A stretch of DNA of 62,961 nucleotides from NCBI GenBank assembly GCA_041301185.1, contig JBFYSV010000198.1:1-62961 (forward strand). Reading direction: 5' to 3'. The notes under the pieces were generated by a model. That model was not told the origin of the DNA. It worked only from the letters and a program-made list of their open reading frames with translations, and ran no database searches. The position numbers and the translations under genes are program-made. The DNA is from Anaerolineae bacterium (GTDB lineage Bacteria; Chloroflexota; Anaerolineae; Anaerolineales; UBA4823). Positions 36,625 to 46,163 of this stretch are shown here, piece after piece (the stretch's first letter is position 1; every line of letters starts with the position of its first letter).

Positions 36625-37623
36625 GTGCCAGAATACACCTTTACCATGCTGATGGATACCCACGATTGGGACTCCATCCAGATAGAGAAAGCGATCCTGG
36701 CCCAGGTGGGCTGCCGGGTGATCCCGCTTGAATTTTCCGACGACGACGAGCTGGTTGCTGCGATTCGCCAGGCTGACGCTATCCTGCCCCGCTACGTCAA
36801 CATCGAACGCCAGCATATAGAAGCGATGCAGCGCTGCCAGATCATTGCCCGCAGTGGCATCGGCGTAGATATCGTCGATGTCCAGGCAGCAACCGAGCAT
36901 GGTATCTGGGTGACCAACGTACCCAACTACTGCGAAGAAGAAGTAGCCGATCACGCCCTGGCACTGATCCTTACCTGTGCTCGGAGACTTCCCCTCTACC
37001 ATGGAGGTGTACAGCACGGCACTTGGAAGTGGCAAACTGGCAGGCGGATCAAGCGTCTAAGCGAGGCTACCTTCGGTTTGATTGGATTTGGCAAGATCGG
37101 ACGATTGATCTGGCAAAGGATGAGCAGTTTTGGCTGCAAGGGGCTGGTGTACGACCCCTTTCTCAGCCCGGAAACAATCGCTGCAAGTGGAGCCACCCAG
37201 GTCGTGCTGGATGATCTGCTGACTCAGTCGGATTTTGTCCACATTCAATCACCCCTTACGCCACAAACCTATCACTTGATTGGCGAGCGCGAGATCAGCC
37301 TGCTCAAGGCGGATACAATCCTGACCAATACAGCCCGCGGGCCAATCATTGACGAAAGGGCACTGTACCAGGCCTTGGTGAATGGGACAATCGCCATGGC
37401 TGGGCTGGACGACCTGGAAGAAGAACCAGCCAAGATCCGGGCCTGGCAGGCTGAGAACCCGCTTATCCACCTTCCGAACGTAATCATCACGCCCCATTCA
37501 GCCTGGTACTCCGAACAATCTGCCGAGGAAGTGAAACGGATCTCGGCATCTGAGATCGCCCGGGTACTGTCCGGGCAAAGACCCCAATATCCTGTGAATG
37601 AGCCTGTTTTCAAGAGAGGATAA
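36625..37623 (+). CDS. D-2-hydroxyacid dehydrogenase (CtBP-like)
   Basis: SGIGVDIVDV, VPNYC.EEVADH, GLIGFGKIG, NTARG, TPHSAWYS. Confidence 0.9.
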   Translation: MPEYTFTMLMDTHDWDSIQIEKAILAQVGCRVIPLEFSDDDELVAAIRQADAILPRYVNIERQHIEAMQRCQIIARSGIGVDIVDVQAATEHGIWVTNVPNYCEEEVADHALALILTCARRLPLYHGGVQHGTWKWQTGRRIKRLSEATFGLIGFGKIGRLIWQRMSSFGCKGLVYDPFLSPETIAASGATQVVLDDLLTQSDFVHIQSPLTPQTYHLIGEREISLLKADTILTNTARGPIIDERALYQALVNGTIAMAGLDDLEEEPAKIRAWQAENPLIHLPNVIITPHSAWYSEQSAEEVKRISASEIARVLSGQRPQYPVNEPVFKRG

Positions 37624-37624
37624 A

Positions 37625-38779
37625 ATGGCATCCCCCTACTATTTTCAAATACCCACGCAGATTATCTACGGCAAGGACAGCCTTCGCCAGCTCGGAGAGC
37701 TGGCTGGCAAATTAAATATCAGCAAAGTACAGGTGATCACCGATCCCGGCGTCGCCTCCTCCGGTGTTCTGGAGCAGGTTCTCAATCAATTGAAAAACTC
37801 CGGTATTAGTTGGACCGTCTTCGACCAGGTTGAGGTCAATCCGACCGTGAACACAGTCGACAAAGCCGCGGCTGCTTACAAAGAAGAAGGATGCCAGGGC
37901 GTGATTGCCCTGGGTGGCGGCAGCCCGCTGGATGCAGGTAAAGCTGTCGGCGTGCTGGCAACCAATCCGGGCAATGCCGCAGATTATCTGGGGGTGGACA
38001 AAGTCCAGATTCCCAGCGCCCCAGTGATCGCCATCCCAACAACCGCCGGCACCGCTGCCGAGATCACGGATGTGACCGTGTTGAGCGACCCAGTGAAGAA
38101 AGCCAAGATCGGTTTGCGCAGCGCGTATGTTGCCCCGCGGGTGGCTTTACTCGATCCAGTATTAACTCTCGGCCTGCCGCCGGTGCCCACCCGCGACTCC
38201 GGCCTGGATGCCCTGACCCACGCCATCGAAGCCTTTATTTGTGTCAACGCCTGGGCTGCCTCCGATGCTTTGGTGTTGAAAGCCATCTCACTAATCGGGA
38301 AAAACCTGCGCACAGCAGTGCATAACGGCAAAGACCTGGAGGCGCGCGATGGAATGCTCACCGCCAGCTTGCTGGCCGGGATGGCTTTCCACAACACCAA
38401 GCTCACCCTGGTGCACGCCATCACCGGGCCTTTAGGCGGGGCCTTCAACCTGCCGCACGGAGCGATCAACGCCATTATCCTGCCGCATGCGATGCAGTTC
38501 ATGATCCCCGGTGCGATTGAGAAATACACCCAGGTTGCCGCCGCGTTAGGTGAAAACGTATATGGGCTATCTCACAGGCAGGCTGCCGAGAAAGCTGTGT
38601 CTGCTGTCAAGCAGCTCTCCGAAGATGTTGGACTGCCATCCGGGCTATCCTTCTATGGCGTCAAAGATGAAGACCTGGTTCCGCTATCTAAAACCATTGC
38701 CGGCAGCTTTATGGTGCCGCTCGCGCCGCGGGTTGCCAATGTCGATGATATCCTGGCGGTTTGCCGGGCAAGCTTATAA
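37625..38779 (+). CDS. Iron-containing alcohol dehydrogenase
   Basis: GGGSPLDAGK, PTTAGT, DALTHAIEA, LVHAI, HGAINA. Confidence 0.93.
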   Translation: MASPYYFQIPTQIIYGKDSLRQLGELAGKLNISKVQVITDPGVASSGVLEQVLNQLKNSGISWTVFDQVEVNPTVNTVDKAAAAYKEEGCQGVIALGGGSPLDAGKAVGVLATNPGNAADYLGVDKVQIPSAPVIAIPTTAGTAAEITDVTVLSDPVKKAKIGLRSAYVAPRVALLDPVLTLGLPPVPTRDSGLDALTHAIEAFICVNAWAASDALVLKAISLIGKNLRTAVHNGKDLEARDGMLTASLLAGMAFHNTKLTLVHAITGPLGGAFNLPHGAINAIILPHAMQFMIPGAIEKYTQVAAALGENVYGLSHRQAAEKAVSAVKQLSEDVGLPSGLSFYGVKDEDLVPLSKTIAGSFMVPLAPRVANVDDILAVCRASL

Positions 38780-38797
38780 GCACTTAGGATCGAATTT

Positions 38798-39745
38798 ATG
38801 AAACCATATCGAGTTTTGCTCTACGAAGATATGCACGCCGCCGGTAAAGAAGTGCTGGCAGCCAAAGCCGACCTGATTATGGCTCGCAGCCTGGATGAAA
38901 CCAGCTTGATCGAGCAGGTTCGGGACGTGGATGCCATCATCATCCGTGCCAACGGCTCAGTCAATGCAAAGCTGATGGATGCTGCTCCAAAGCTGAGAGT
39001 GGTCGGGCGACATGGCGTGGGTGTGGACGCTATTGACCTGGAGGCAGCCAAATCCCGGGGGATCGTGGTGTGCAACACGCCAGACGCCAATCTTGAGTCG
39101 GTCGCCGAGCAGGCTGTCGGATTCATGCTTGCCGTCTCCAAGCAAATCCTGCGCGCCGACCGGGCAATCCGGCAGGGTCGCTGGGGGGTGCGCTACGAAT
39201 ACATCGGCCAGGAGATGTATGGGCGCACGCTGGGGTTGGTCGGCATGGGGCGGATCGGCTCCAGGGTAGCAGAGATCTGCCATATGGGCTTTCGAATGCC
39301 CATCCTGTATTACGATGTTGTGGCGTATCCTGCTCTCGAAGAGAAACTTCAGGCAAAAAAGGTCACTTTGGATGAGGTTCTCAGGCAGGCAGATTATGTT
39401 TCCTTGCACATACCCCTCCTGCCATCCACAAAAGGTCTGATTGGCAGCGACCAACTTGCAATGATGAAACCGGGCGCCATCTTGATCAATACCGCCCGCG
39501 GCGGGGTGGTAGATGAGACCGCCCTGGTAGAGGCTGTCGAAAGCGGTCATCTTGGCGGAGCTGGTCTAGACGTCTATGCTGTAGAACCAACACCGGCGGA
39601 TAACCCACTCTTAAGCCTGGAAAAGGTCGCCCTGACTCCCCATATGGCTGCCCATACCGATGATGCCCTCAAAGCGATGTCGATGGTAGCCCAAGACATC
39701 ATCCGCGTGTTGGAAGGTCAAGAACCGGTTTATCGTGTTGTTTAG
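38798..39745 (+). CDS. D-2-hydroxyacid dehydrogenase
   Basis: HGVGVDAID, GLVGMGRIG, NTARG, LDVY..EP, TPHMAA. Confidence 0.92.
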   Translation: MKPYRVLLYEDMHAAGKEVLAAKADLIMARSLDETSLIEQVRDVDAIIIRANGSVNAKLMDAAPKLRVVGRHGVGVDAIDLEAAKSRGIVVCNTPDANLESVAEQAVGFMLAVSKQILRADRAIRQGRWGVRYEYIGQEMYGRTLGLVGMGRIGSRVAEICHMGFRMPILYYDVVAYPALEEKLQAKKVTLDEVLRQADYVSLHIPLLPSTKGLIGSDQLAMMKPGAILINTARGGVVDETALVEAVESGHLGGAGLDVYAVEPTPADNPLLSLEKVALTPHMAAHTDDALKAMSMVAQDIIRVLEGQEPVYRVV

Positions 39746-39760
39746 ATCAGGAGCCAGAAT

Positions 39761-41659
39761 ATGCCGAATGGATTTTGGGGTCGAGTATTACGAGTTAATT
39801 TGAGCAATGCACAAATCAGCGTTGATGAGCACGATGCCAAGTTCTACCGCACGTACTTCGGCGGGCGCGGCATTGTCGCCCACTACTTGTTGAAAGAAGT
39901 TCCCCCAGATTGCGACCCGCTCGGACCGGACAATATCCTGGTGTTTGCAGCCAGCGTGCTGACCGGCACCGCCATCCCGGGCTCTGGCAGGAATAGCGCG
40001 GGAGCCAAGTCTCCACTAACCGGCGGCTACGGTGAAGCTGAGGGTGGTGGTGATTGGGGTGCCAAGCTACGATGGGCCGGCTACGACGGTCTGGTCATCA
40101 CCGGGCAGTCGGAAAAACCGGTCTTCCTGTGGATCAACAATAGCACTGTCGAGCTGCGCGATGCCGCCCACCTGTGGGGGATGGAAGCCTACGAGACACA
40201 GCAGGCCGTTCTGTCTGAGATCGGCGACCCGCGGGCCAGCGTGGCTGTGATCGGGCCTGGCGGCGAGCGGCTGATCAGCTATGCCTGCATTGCCCAGGAT
40301 ATGCACGATTTTCTGGGACGCTGCGGGCTGGGAGCGGTGATGGGCTCCAAGCGACTGAAGGCAATCGTGGTGAACGGAAAGACCCGTCCTGATGTCGCCC
40401 GAAAAGACGAGGTGATCGATACCGCCCGCTGGATGCGTGACAATTATGAGGCTCCCCTGGGCACGATGCAAGAAATGGGTACCGCGCGTGGTGTGCCTGT
40501 ATTGAATGCTGCTGGTGGTTTGCCAACCCGCAACTTCCAAGAAGGCAGTTTCGAGGGGTTCGAGACTCTGAGCGGTCGATACATGACCGATACCATCCTG
40601 GTGGGGCGCGAATCGTGCTACGCCTGTCCGGTGCATTGCAAACGAGTGGTGGAAGTCGATGAAGAAGGACTTCAGGTCAGCCGCAATTACGGCGGGCCAG
40701 AATACGAGACCATCGGCGGTTTTGGCTCAGCCTGTGGCATCAGCGATATAAAAATCGTCGCCAAAGCGAATGAGCTATGCGACCGGCACACCCTGGATAC
40801 GATCTCTGCCAGTGTGATGGTATCTGGCGCGATGGAATGTGCCGAGAGGGGATTGATCCCAGCGGAGCTGCTGGAAGGGCTGGACCTGCGATTTGGATCG
40901 GCAAACGGGCTGCTGGGGCTGATGGAGCAGATCATCAACCGCCAGGGGCTGGGCGGTATCCTGGCAGGCGGACCGGCAAGTGTGGCTGAAAAGCTGGGCG
41001 ATGAAGCAGCCGGCTATTTTATGCACGTCAAGAACCAGCCGCTACCCCTACACGAACCGCGCTGGAAATCAGGGATGGGCATCGGCTTTGCGATTTCTCC
41101 CAGCGGCGCAGACCATATGCACAATATCCATGACGCAGTCTTTGCTAATGAAGAATCGCCTGCCTTTGGAGCAGTGCGCAACATGGGCATCCTGGATGCA
41201 GTCGGGTCCAGCCAGCTCGGGCCGGGCAAAGCGCGCCTGTTCGTCTATATGATGCTCAACAAATCCGTTAACAACAACCTTGCGATGTGCTCCTTTATGC
41301 CCTACAGCCTGGATATGATGGTAGAGCAGGTCAAATCGGTTACCGGCTGGAATGTATCCAACTGGGAAATCCTCAAAGCCACCGAGCGATCGCTGGCGAT
41401 GGCGCGCGCCTTCAACACCCTGGCAGGTTTTACCGCACAGGAAGACACGCTGCCGGAACGCTTTTTTGAGCCTTTGCAGGGCGGGAGCCTGAAAGGCGCT
41501 TCCCTCTCGCGCCAGGAGTTCTACGAGACCCGCGATATTGTGTATGACATGCTGGGGTGGGACCGCCAGACGGCTTCTCCCATGCGCTGGAAATTGTATG
41601 AGCTCGGCCTGGATTGGGTGGCTGAAAAACTAGAACAATCTAATCATCTGGTTGGGTGA
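39761..41659 (+). CDS. Aldehyde:ferredoxin oxidoreductase (W/Mo bis-pterin AOR family), copy 1
   Basis: KSPLTGG, GAVMGSK.LKAI, CYACPVHC, GPEYET, GADH, AMC. Confidence 0.93.
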   Translation: MPNGFWGRVLRVNLSNAQISVDEHDAKFYRTYFGGRGIVAHYLLKEVPPDCDPLGPDNILVFAASVLTGTAIPGSGRNSAGAKSPLTGGYGEAEGGGDWGAKLRWAGYDGLVITGQSEKPVFLWINNSTVELRDAAHLWGMEAYETQQAVLSEIGDPRASVAVIGPGGERLISYACIAQDMHDFLGRCGLGAVMGSKRLKAIVVNGKTRPDVARKDEVIDTARWMRDNYEAPLGTMQEMGTARGVPVLNAAGGLPTRNFQEGSFEGFETLSGRYMTDTILVGRESCYACPVHCKRVVEVDEEGLQVSRNYGGPEYETIGGFGSACGISDIKIVAKANELCDRHTLDTISASVMVSGAMECAERGLIPAELLEGLDLRFGSANGLLGLMEQIINRQGLGGILAGGPASVAEKLGDEAAGYFMHVKNQPLPLHEPRWKSGMGIGFAISPSGADHMHNIHDAVFANEESPAFGAVRNMGILDAVGSSQLGPGKARLFVYMMLNKSVNNNLAMCSFMPYSLDMMVEQVKSVTGWNVSNWEILKATERSLAMARAFNTLAGFTAQEDTLPERFFEPLQGGSLKGASLSRQEFYETRDIVYDMLGWDRQTASPMRWKLYELGLDWVAEKLEQSNHLVG

Positions 41660-41700
41660 TCAGACCTGCCCTTAATCTTTACTGGTGCCCAGGAGAGAAT

Positions 41701-43386
41701 ATGCCCGCCATGGAAAGCGCTGATCCAAAAGCGAACCAACCACCCGAACTCTCGGGTAGTGAAGCCCTCGCCTGGGGGTTGATTGAATCCGGCGTGCAGT
41801 ATGTCACCGGACATCCCGGGTCGCCGGGATCGGCAGTGGTCGATGTACTGGTGCGGCTCAATCCTCCAGGCGTGCGGATTGAATGGGCAAGCAACGAGCG
41901 GACCGCCTTCGACGCTGCTTTTGGATACTCCCTGGCTGAGGCACGCTCATTGGTCTGCTTCAAGAGTGTTGGGTTGAATGTGGCATTGGATTCGCTGATG
42001 GTGAGCAACCTGGCAGGCGGCGATGGAGGCTTCGTGATTCTAACGGGTGACGATCCCGGCGGTTGGGGATCGCAGAACGAGCAAGACTCGCGCCCGCTCA
42101 TCGCCACTGCAGAGATCCCCATGCTGGAGCCGTCCACGCCTGCAGAAGGACGCACAGTGATCCAACGCGCCTATAAGCTGTCAGAACGCATCAAGACGCC
42201 GGTAGCCGTGCGCATCACGCAGGCGATGGCAATCGGCAAAGGACCAGCTGCTTCCCCGCTCCAGGCTCCCCAAAGCCACACCCTGGCTCGCTTCCGACGC
42301 CAGGAAGACCGGTGGACGGTCACTCCAACCTTCGTCGTCAGCTACCACCAAAAACTGGTCGAGACCCTGCGATCTGTTCAGGCTGAGTTCGAGGATTGGG
42401 ACCTGAACCAGGTCGAAGGTGGCGGGAAGCTGGGAATCATCGCTCCTGGTCACGCCTATTCCAAGCTCAAGCAAGTGCTCGATCAAAACCCAGGACAAGC
42501 GGTGCGCATATTAAAGCTGGGCACCCTCTTTCCACTACCGGAGAAGCGGGTCGCCAGCTTTCTGGAAGGGCTGGAAGGAGTGCTGGTAATCGAAGAAACT
42601 GCCCCATATCTCGAAAACCAGTTGCCAACCATTGCTTTTCGGGCAGGTTTGCAAGTGGCGATCTCAGGGCGAAACAGCGGTCATATCCCGGTAGCAGGCG
42701 AGCTATTCCCCGAACACATCTCCCAGGCTCTGGGAATTTTCCTGCCTGCCTGGCAGGCACCCTCCCACCTGGAGCCCCCCCGGCGGCATATGATCAGCAT
42801 GGATCCCCTGTGCGAAGGCTGCCCTTACAGCCCTGGTTTTGGTGCGCTGTTGAAGGTGATGGAGCGCCATGGAGGCCGGGACGCTTTTGTGGTCACCGGG
42901 GAATCGGGTTGCATGATCCGCGCCCAGGTATCCCCGGAGCGAATCCTGGACACAAAATTCGCTATGGGTTCGAGCATCGGGATTGCCTCAGGAATCGCCC
43001 GCAGCGGTATTCCGCAGAAAGTGATCTCCCTGGCGGGTGATAATGCATTCTTGCATACCGGCTGGGGGCAGCTCATGGACGCAGTCCAGGCAGGGGTGAA
43101 GATGCTGGTCATCATCCTGGATAATGCCACGGCAGCCATCTCCGGCGGGCAGCCCCACGCTGCCATCGAGCATGACTTGCGCGGCAACCCGCGCAAACCG
43201 GTGGATCTGGTGCGCCTGGTGCAGGCAGCCGGTGTAGAGGAAGTCCGCGTGGTTGATCCGCATAATATTCAAGAGACCCAACAAGCATACGAAGAAGGGC
43301 TGGCGGCAGACGGAGTCTCGGTGGTAATCATCCGCCATCCGTGCCCGTACTTTGTTTCAGATATCTCTCATGAAATCGGTACTTAA
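41701..43386 (+). CDS. Indolepyruvate:ferredoxin oxidoreductase alpha-like TPP protein (lacks the C-terminal ferredoxin)
   Basis: GSEALA.G, GLNVA.DSL, DDPG..SQNEQD, LCEGCP, GDNAFLHTG, LDN..A.ISGGQ; start ATG 41701 after GGAGA. Confidence 0.85.
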   Translation: MPAMESADPKANQPPELSGSEALAWGLIESGVQYVTGHPGSPGSAVVDVLVRLNPPGVRIEWASNERTAFDAAFGYSLAEARSLVCFKSVGLNVALDSLMVSNLAGGDGGFVILTGDDPGGWGSQNEQDSRPLIATAEIPMLEPSTPAEGRTVIQRAYKLSERIKTPVAVRITQAMAIGKGPAASPLQAPQSHTLARFRRQEDRWTVTPTFVVSYHQKLVETLRSVQAEFEDWDLNQVEGGGKLGIIAPGHAYSKLKQVLDQNPGQAVRILKLGTLFPLPEKRVASFLEGLEGVLVIEETAPYLENQLPTIAFRAGLQVAISGRNSGHIPVAGELFPEHISQALGIFLPAWQAPSHLEPPRRHMISMDPLCEGCPYSPGFGALLKVMERHGGRDAFVVTGESGCMIRAQVSPERILDTKFAMGSSIGIASGIARSGIPQKVISLAGDNAFLHTGWGQLMDAVQAGVKMLVIILDNATAAISGGQPHAAIEHDLRGNPRKPVDLVRLVQAAGVEEVRVVDPHNIQETQQAYEEGLAADGVSVVIIRHPCPYFVSDISHEIGT

Positions 43387-43400
43387 GAAAGGTGAGCTGT

Positions 43401-43652
43401 ATGGCTTCCAAAGAGCTGGTTAAACAAGAGATCGAAATCAACCCCACGAAAAAACTGGTAGTCACCGTTAGCTGGTGCAAAGCCTGCGGCATCTGCATGG
43501 AGCTCTGTCCGAAAGAGGTGCTGGGCGAGGAAGAAGTGACCAAGAAAGTGATCTTGATCGCCCCGGAAAAGTGTAATGGGTGTGGCTTATGCGAGCTCTC
43601 CTGCCCGGACTATGTGTTCACCATCCAAGAGCTCGAAGATATTTTGAAATGA
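43401..43652 (+). CDS. 2x[4Fe-4S] ferredoxin (OFOR delta subunit)
   Basis: CKACGICMELCP and CNGCGLCELSCP. Confidence 0.92.
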   Translation: MASKELVKQEIEINPTKKLVVTVSWCKACGICMELCPKEVLGEEEVTKKVILIAPEKCNGCGLCELSCPDYVFTIQELEDILK

Positions 43653-43661
43653 GGCCTGTTT

Positions 43662-44810
43662 ATGACCAGGAAATTACTTCAAGGCAATGAAGCCTGTGTA
43701 GAGGCTGCAATAGCAGCCGGGGTGAGATTTTTCGCAGGGTACCCGATTACCCCAGCCACAGAAATCGCTGAAGGGATGGCGAACCGGCTTCCTGAAGAAG
43801 GCGGAGTCTTTATCCAAATGGAAGACGAGATCGGCAGCATCGCCGCCTGCATCGGTGCTTCCGTTGCTGGCGCAAAAGCCATGACCGCCACCAGCGGACC
43901 GGGCGCTTCGCTCATGCTGGAAAACCTGGGGTTTGCGGTGATCTCCGAGACTCCGGTGGTCATCGTCAATGTGATGCGCGGCGGGCCGAGCACGGGTTTG
44001 CCAACCTTCCCAGCCCAGATGGATGTAATGCAGGCGAGGTGGGGAGCGCATGGAGATTATCCAATGGTTGCATACGCCCCGAGCAGCGTACGCGAGACCT
44101 ACGAGCTTACCGTTAGAGCGATCAATACTGCTGAGCTTTTGCGCACACCGGTCTTCTTGCTCTCAGATGCCATGATCGGGCATATGCGCGAGGCGATCAC
44201 CTTGCCGGACCCATCTGAACTGCAGCTCATCGAGCGCAAACGCCCTGATCCGAATGACGATGATTTTGCCCCCCATCGTGGCAGCCAGGATGGGTTGGTG
44301 ATCCCCGAAATGGCGCGCTTCGGAGATGGCTTCCGCTTCCACGTGGATAGTAATGTTCACGATGAATACGGCTTCCCTGCCACTGAGCGCAACGACATTG
44401 CCGATAAGCTGATCCGCCGCCTGAACAACAAGACTAAAGCGCATGCCGACGAGCTGATCATCGTCGAGGAAGACCAGCTTGAGGACGCCGATGTGGCTAT
44501 TTTTGCCTTCGGCTCTTCCGCCCGGTCAGCGCTGGAAGCAGTGGATATGGCACGCCAGCGCGGGTTGAAGGTGGGCTTGCTCAAAGCCATGACCCTGTGG
44601 CCTTTCCCTGAAGAATATGTCGATAAATGGACCCGGCGAGTCAAAGCATGGGTGGTGCCCGAGATGAACCTGGGCCAGATGGTGCGCGAGGTTTCACTGG
44701 TTGTTAACGGTCGCGTGCCGGTGTTCCCACTGAACCGGGTAGATGGACTGTTGATCGAGCCGCACCAGATACTCTCGCTAATCGAGAAGCAGATCTTCGC
44801 CACCGCCTGA
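43662..44810 (+). CDS. 2-oxoacid:ferredoxin oxidoreductase alpha subunit (KorA-like)
   Basis: GNEA, GYPITPATE, QMEDEIGS, TATSGPG, RGGPSTGLPT, EMNLGQ. Confidence 0.93.
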   Translation: MTRKLLQGNEACVEAAIAAGVRFFAGYPITPATEIAEGMANRLPEEGGVFIQMEDEIGSIAACIGASVAGAKAMTATSGPGASLMLENLGFAVISETPVVIVNVMRGGPSTGLPTFPAQMDVMQARWGAHGDYPMVAYAPSSVRETYELTVRAINTAELLRTPVFLLSDAMIGHMREAITLPDPSELQLIERKRPDPNDDDFAPHRGSQDGLVIPEMARFGDGFRFHVDSNVHDEYGFPATERNDIADKLIRRLNNKTKAHADELIIVEEDQLEDADVAIFAFGSSARSALEAVDMARQRGLKVGLLKAMTLWPFPEEYVDKWTRRVKAWVVPEMNLGQMVREVSLVVNGRVPVFPLNRVDGLLIEPHQILSLIEKQIFATA

Positions 44811-44824
44811 AAAGGAGAAATTTA

Positions 44825-45607
44825 ATGTCACCAACCCATACAGCTAATTTGCTGGATCGCTATTTCCTGAAAGATCGCCTGCCTACCATCTGGTGCCCGG
44901 GATGCGGCCTCGGCACTGCGAATGGAGCGATCTTGCGTGGATTCGAAGCAGCCGGGGTGGACCAGGACAAAACCGTGCTGGTCAATGGCATCGGGTGTTC
45001 TGGGCGTACCGCTGCCTATCTTGACTTCGACGTTTTGAAGGGCACCCACGGCCGGGCGATCGCCTTCGCCACCGGCATCAAGCTCTACCGCCCAGAATTA
45101 ACCGTAGTTGTCATGGCGGGCGACGGGGACACGCTGGCCATCGGCGGCAACCATTTTATCCATGCCGCCCGGCGGAACGTGGATATCAAGGTAATTTTGT
45201 TCAATAACTTCATCTATGGGATGACTGGGGGCCAGGTTTCTCCTACAACGCCTGCCGGCGCCAGGGGTTCGACCGCCCCCCACGGCTACAACGAACGCTC
45301 CTTCGACGCATGCAAGCTGGCGGAAGCTGCCGGGGCGTCATTTGTTGCCCGGTCCACTTCCTACCATGTCCAGCTTCTCAGCAAAATCGTCCGGGATGCC
45401 CTGCTCCACAAAGGCTTTGCCCTGGTCGAAGTATTGACCCAGTGCCCGCAGCAATACGGTCGCTGGAACAAATCCGGGGATGCTTTCGATATGCTGACCT
45501 GGTTTAAGGAAAACGCAGTCCGGGTAGAACAAGCTGCCAAAATGCCTGCCGATGAGCTGGTCGGCAAATTCATGATCGGTGAGCTGGTCAAACAGCAGGA
45601 TGGGTAG
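44825..45607 (+). CDS. 2-oxoacid:ferredoxin oxidoreductase beta subunit (KorB-like)
   Basis: WCPGCG, GIGCS, HGRA, GDGD...IGGNH, NN..YGMTGGQ.SPT. Confidence 0.93.
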   Translation: MSPTHTANLLDRYFLKDRLPTIWCPGCGLGTANGAILRGFEAAGVDQDKTVLVNGIGCSGRTAAYLDFDVLKGTHGRAIAFATGIKLYRPELTVVVMAGDGDTLAIGGNHFIHAARRNVDIKVILFNNFIYGMTGGQVSPTTPAGARGSTAPHGYNERSFDACKLAEAAGASFVARSTSYHVQLLSKIVRDALLHKGFALVEVLTQCPQQYGRWNKSGDAFDMLTWFKENAVRVEQAAKMPADELVGKFMIGELVKQQDG

Positions 45608-45608
45608 A

Positions 45609-46163
45609 ATGATGAGACAGGCAGTTATTCTGAGCGGTGCCGGGGGGCAAGGTCTGATCCTGGCGGGAGCAATCCTTGCGGAAGCAGCTGGGGTATTCGA
45701 GGGCAAGGAAGTCGTCCAGACCCAGTCCTATGGTATCCAGGCTCGCGGTGGAGCGAGCCAATCGTCCGTGATTATCAGCGATGGGCGCATCAAGTTCCCT
45801 GAGGTGCTGGTTCCGGACATCTTATTATGCCTATCCCAAGAGGCATACCAGCGATACGCCCCCAGCTTGCGCGAAGGGGGCATCTTGATAATCGATCAGG
45901 ACCTGGTAAATCCCGACCACGACCAACAGGATATCCAGGTGATTGCGTTACCCTTCACCGCCCAGGCTGAAAAGATGGAGCGCCGCATCCTGGCGAACGT
46001 GATTGCCCTGGGGGCATTGGCTACCGCCACAGGCGCGGTATCGGTTGATTCACTGGCTAAGGCGCTGCACAGCCGCCTGCCAGAGCGCAGTGTCCCGCAG
46101 GCTGTCGAAGCACTTCACCTTGGAAAGCAGCTGGCAGAAGAGCAAGGATTGGTTCGCGTATGA
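45609..46163 (+). CDS. 2-oxoacid:ferredoxin oxidoreductase gamma subunit (KorC-like)
   Basis: SGAGGQGLILAG, QSYG..ARGG.S, NVIALGA. Confidence 0.93.
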   Translation: MMRQAVILSGAGGQGLILAGAILAEAAGVFEGKEVVQTQSYGIQARGGASQSSVIISDGRIKFPEVLVPDILLCLSQEAYQRYAPSLREGGILIIDQDLVNPDHDQQDIQVIALPFTAQAEKMERRILANVIALGALATATGAVSVDSLAKALHSRLPERSVPQAVEALHLGKQLAEEQGLVRV

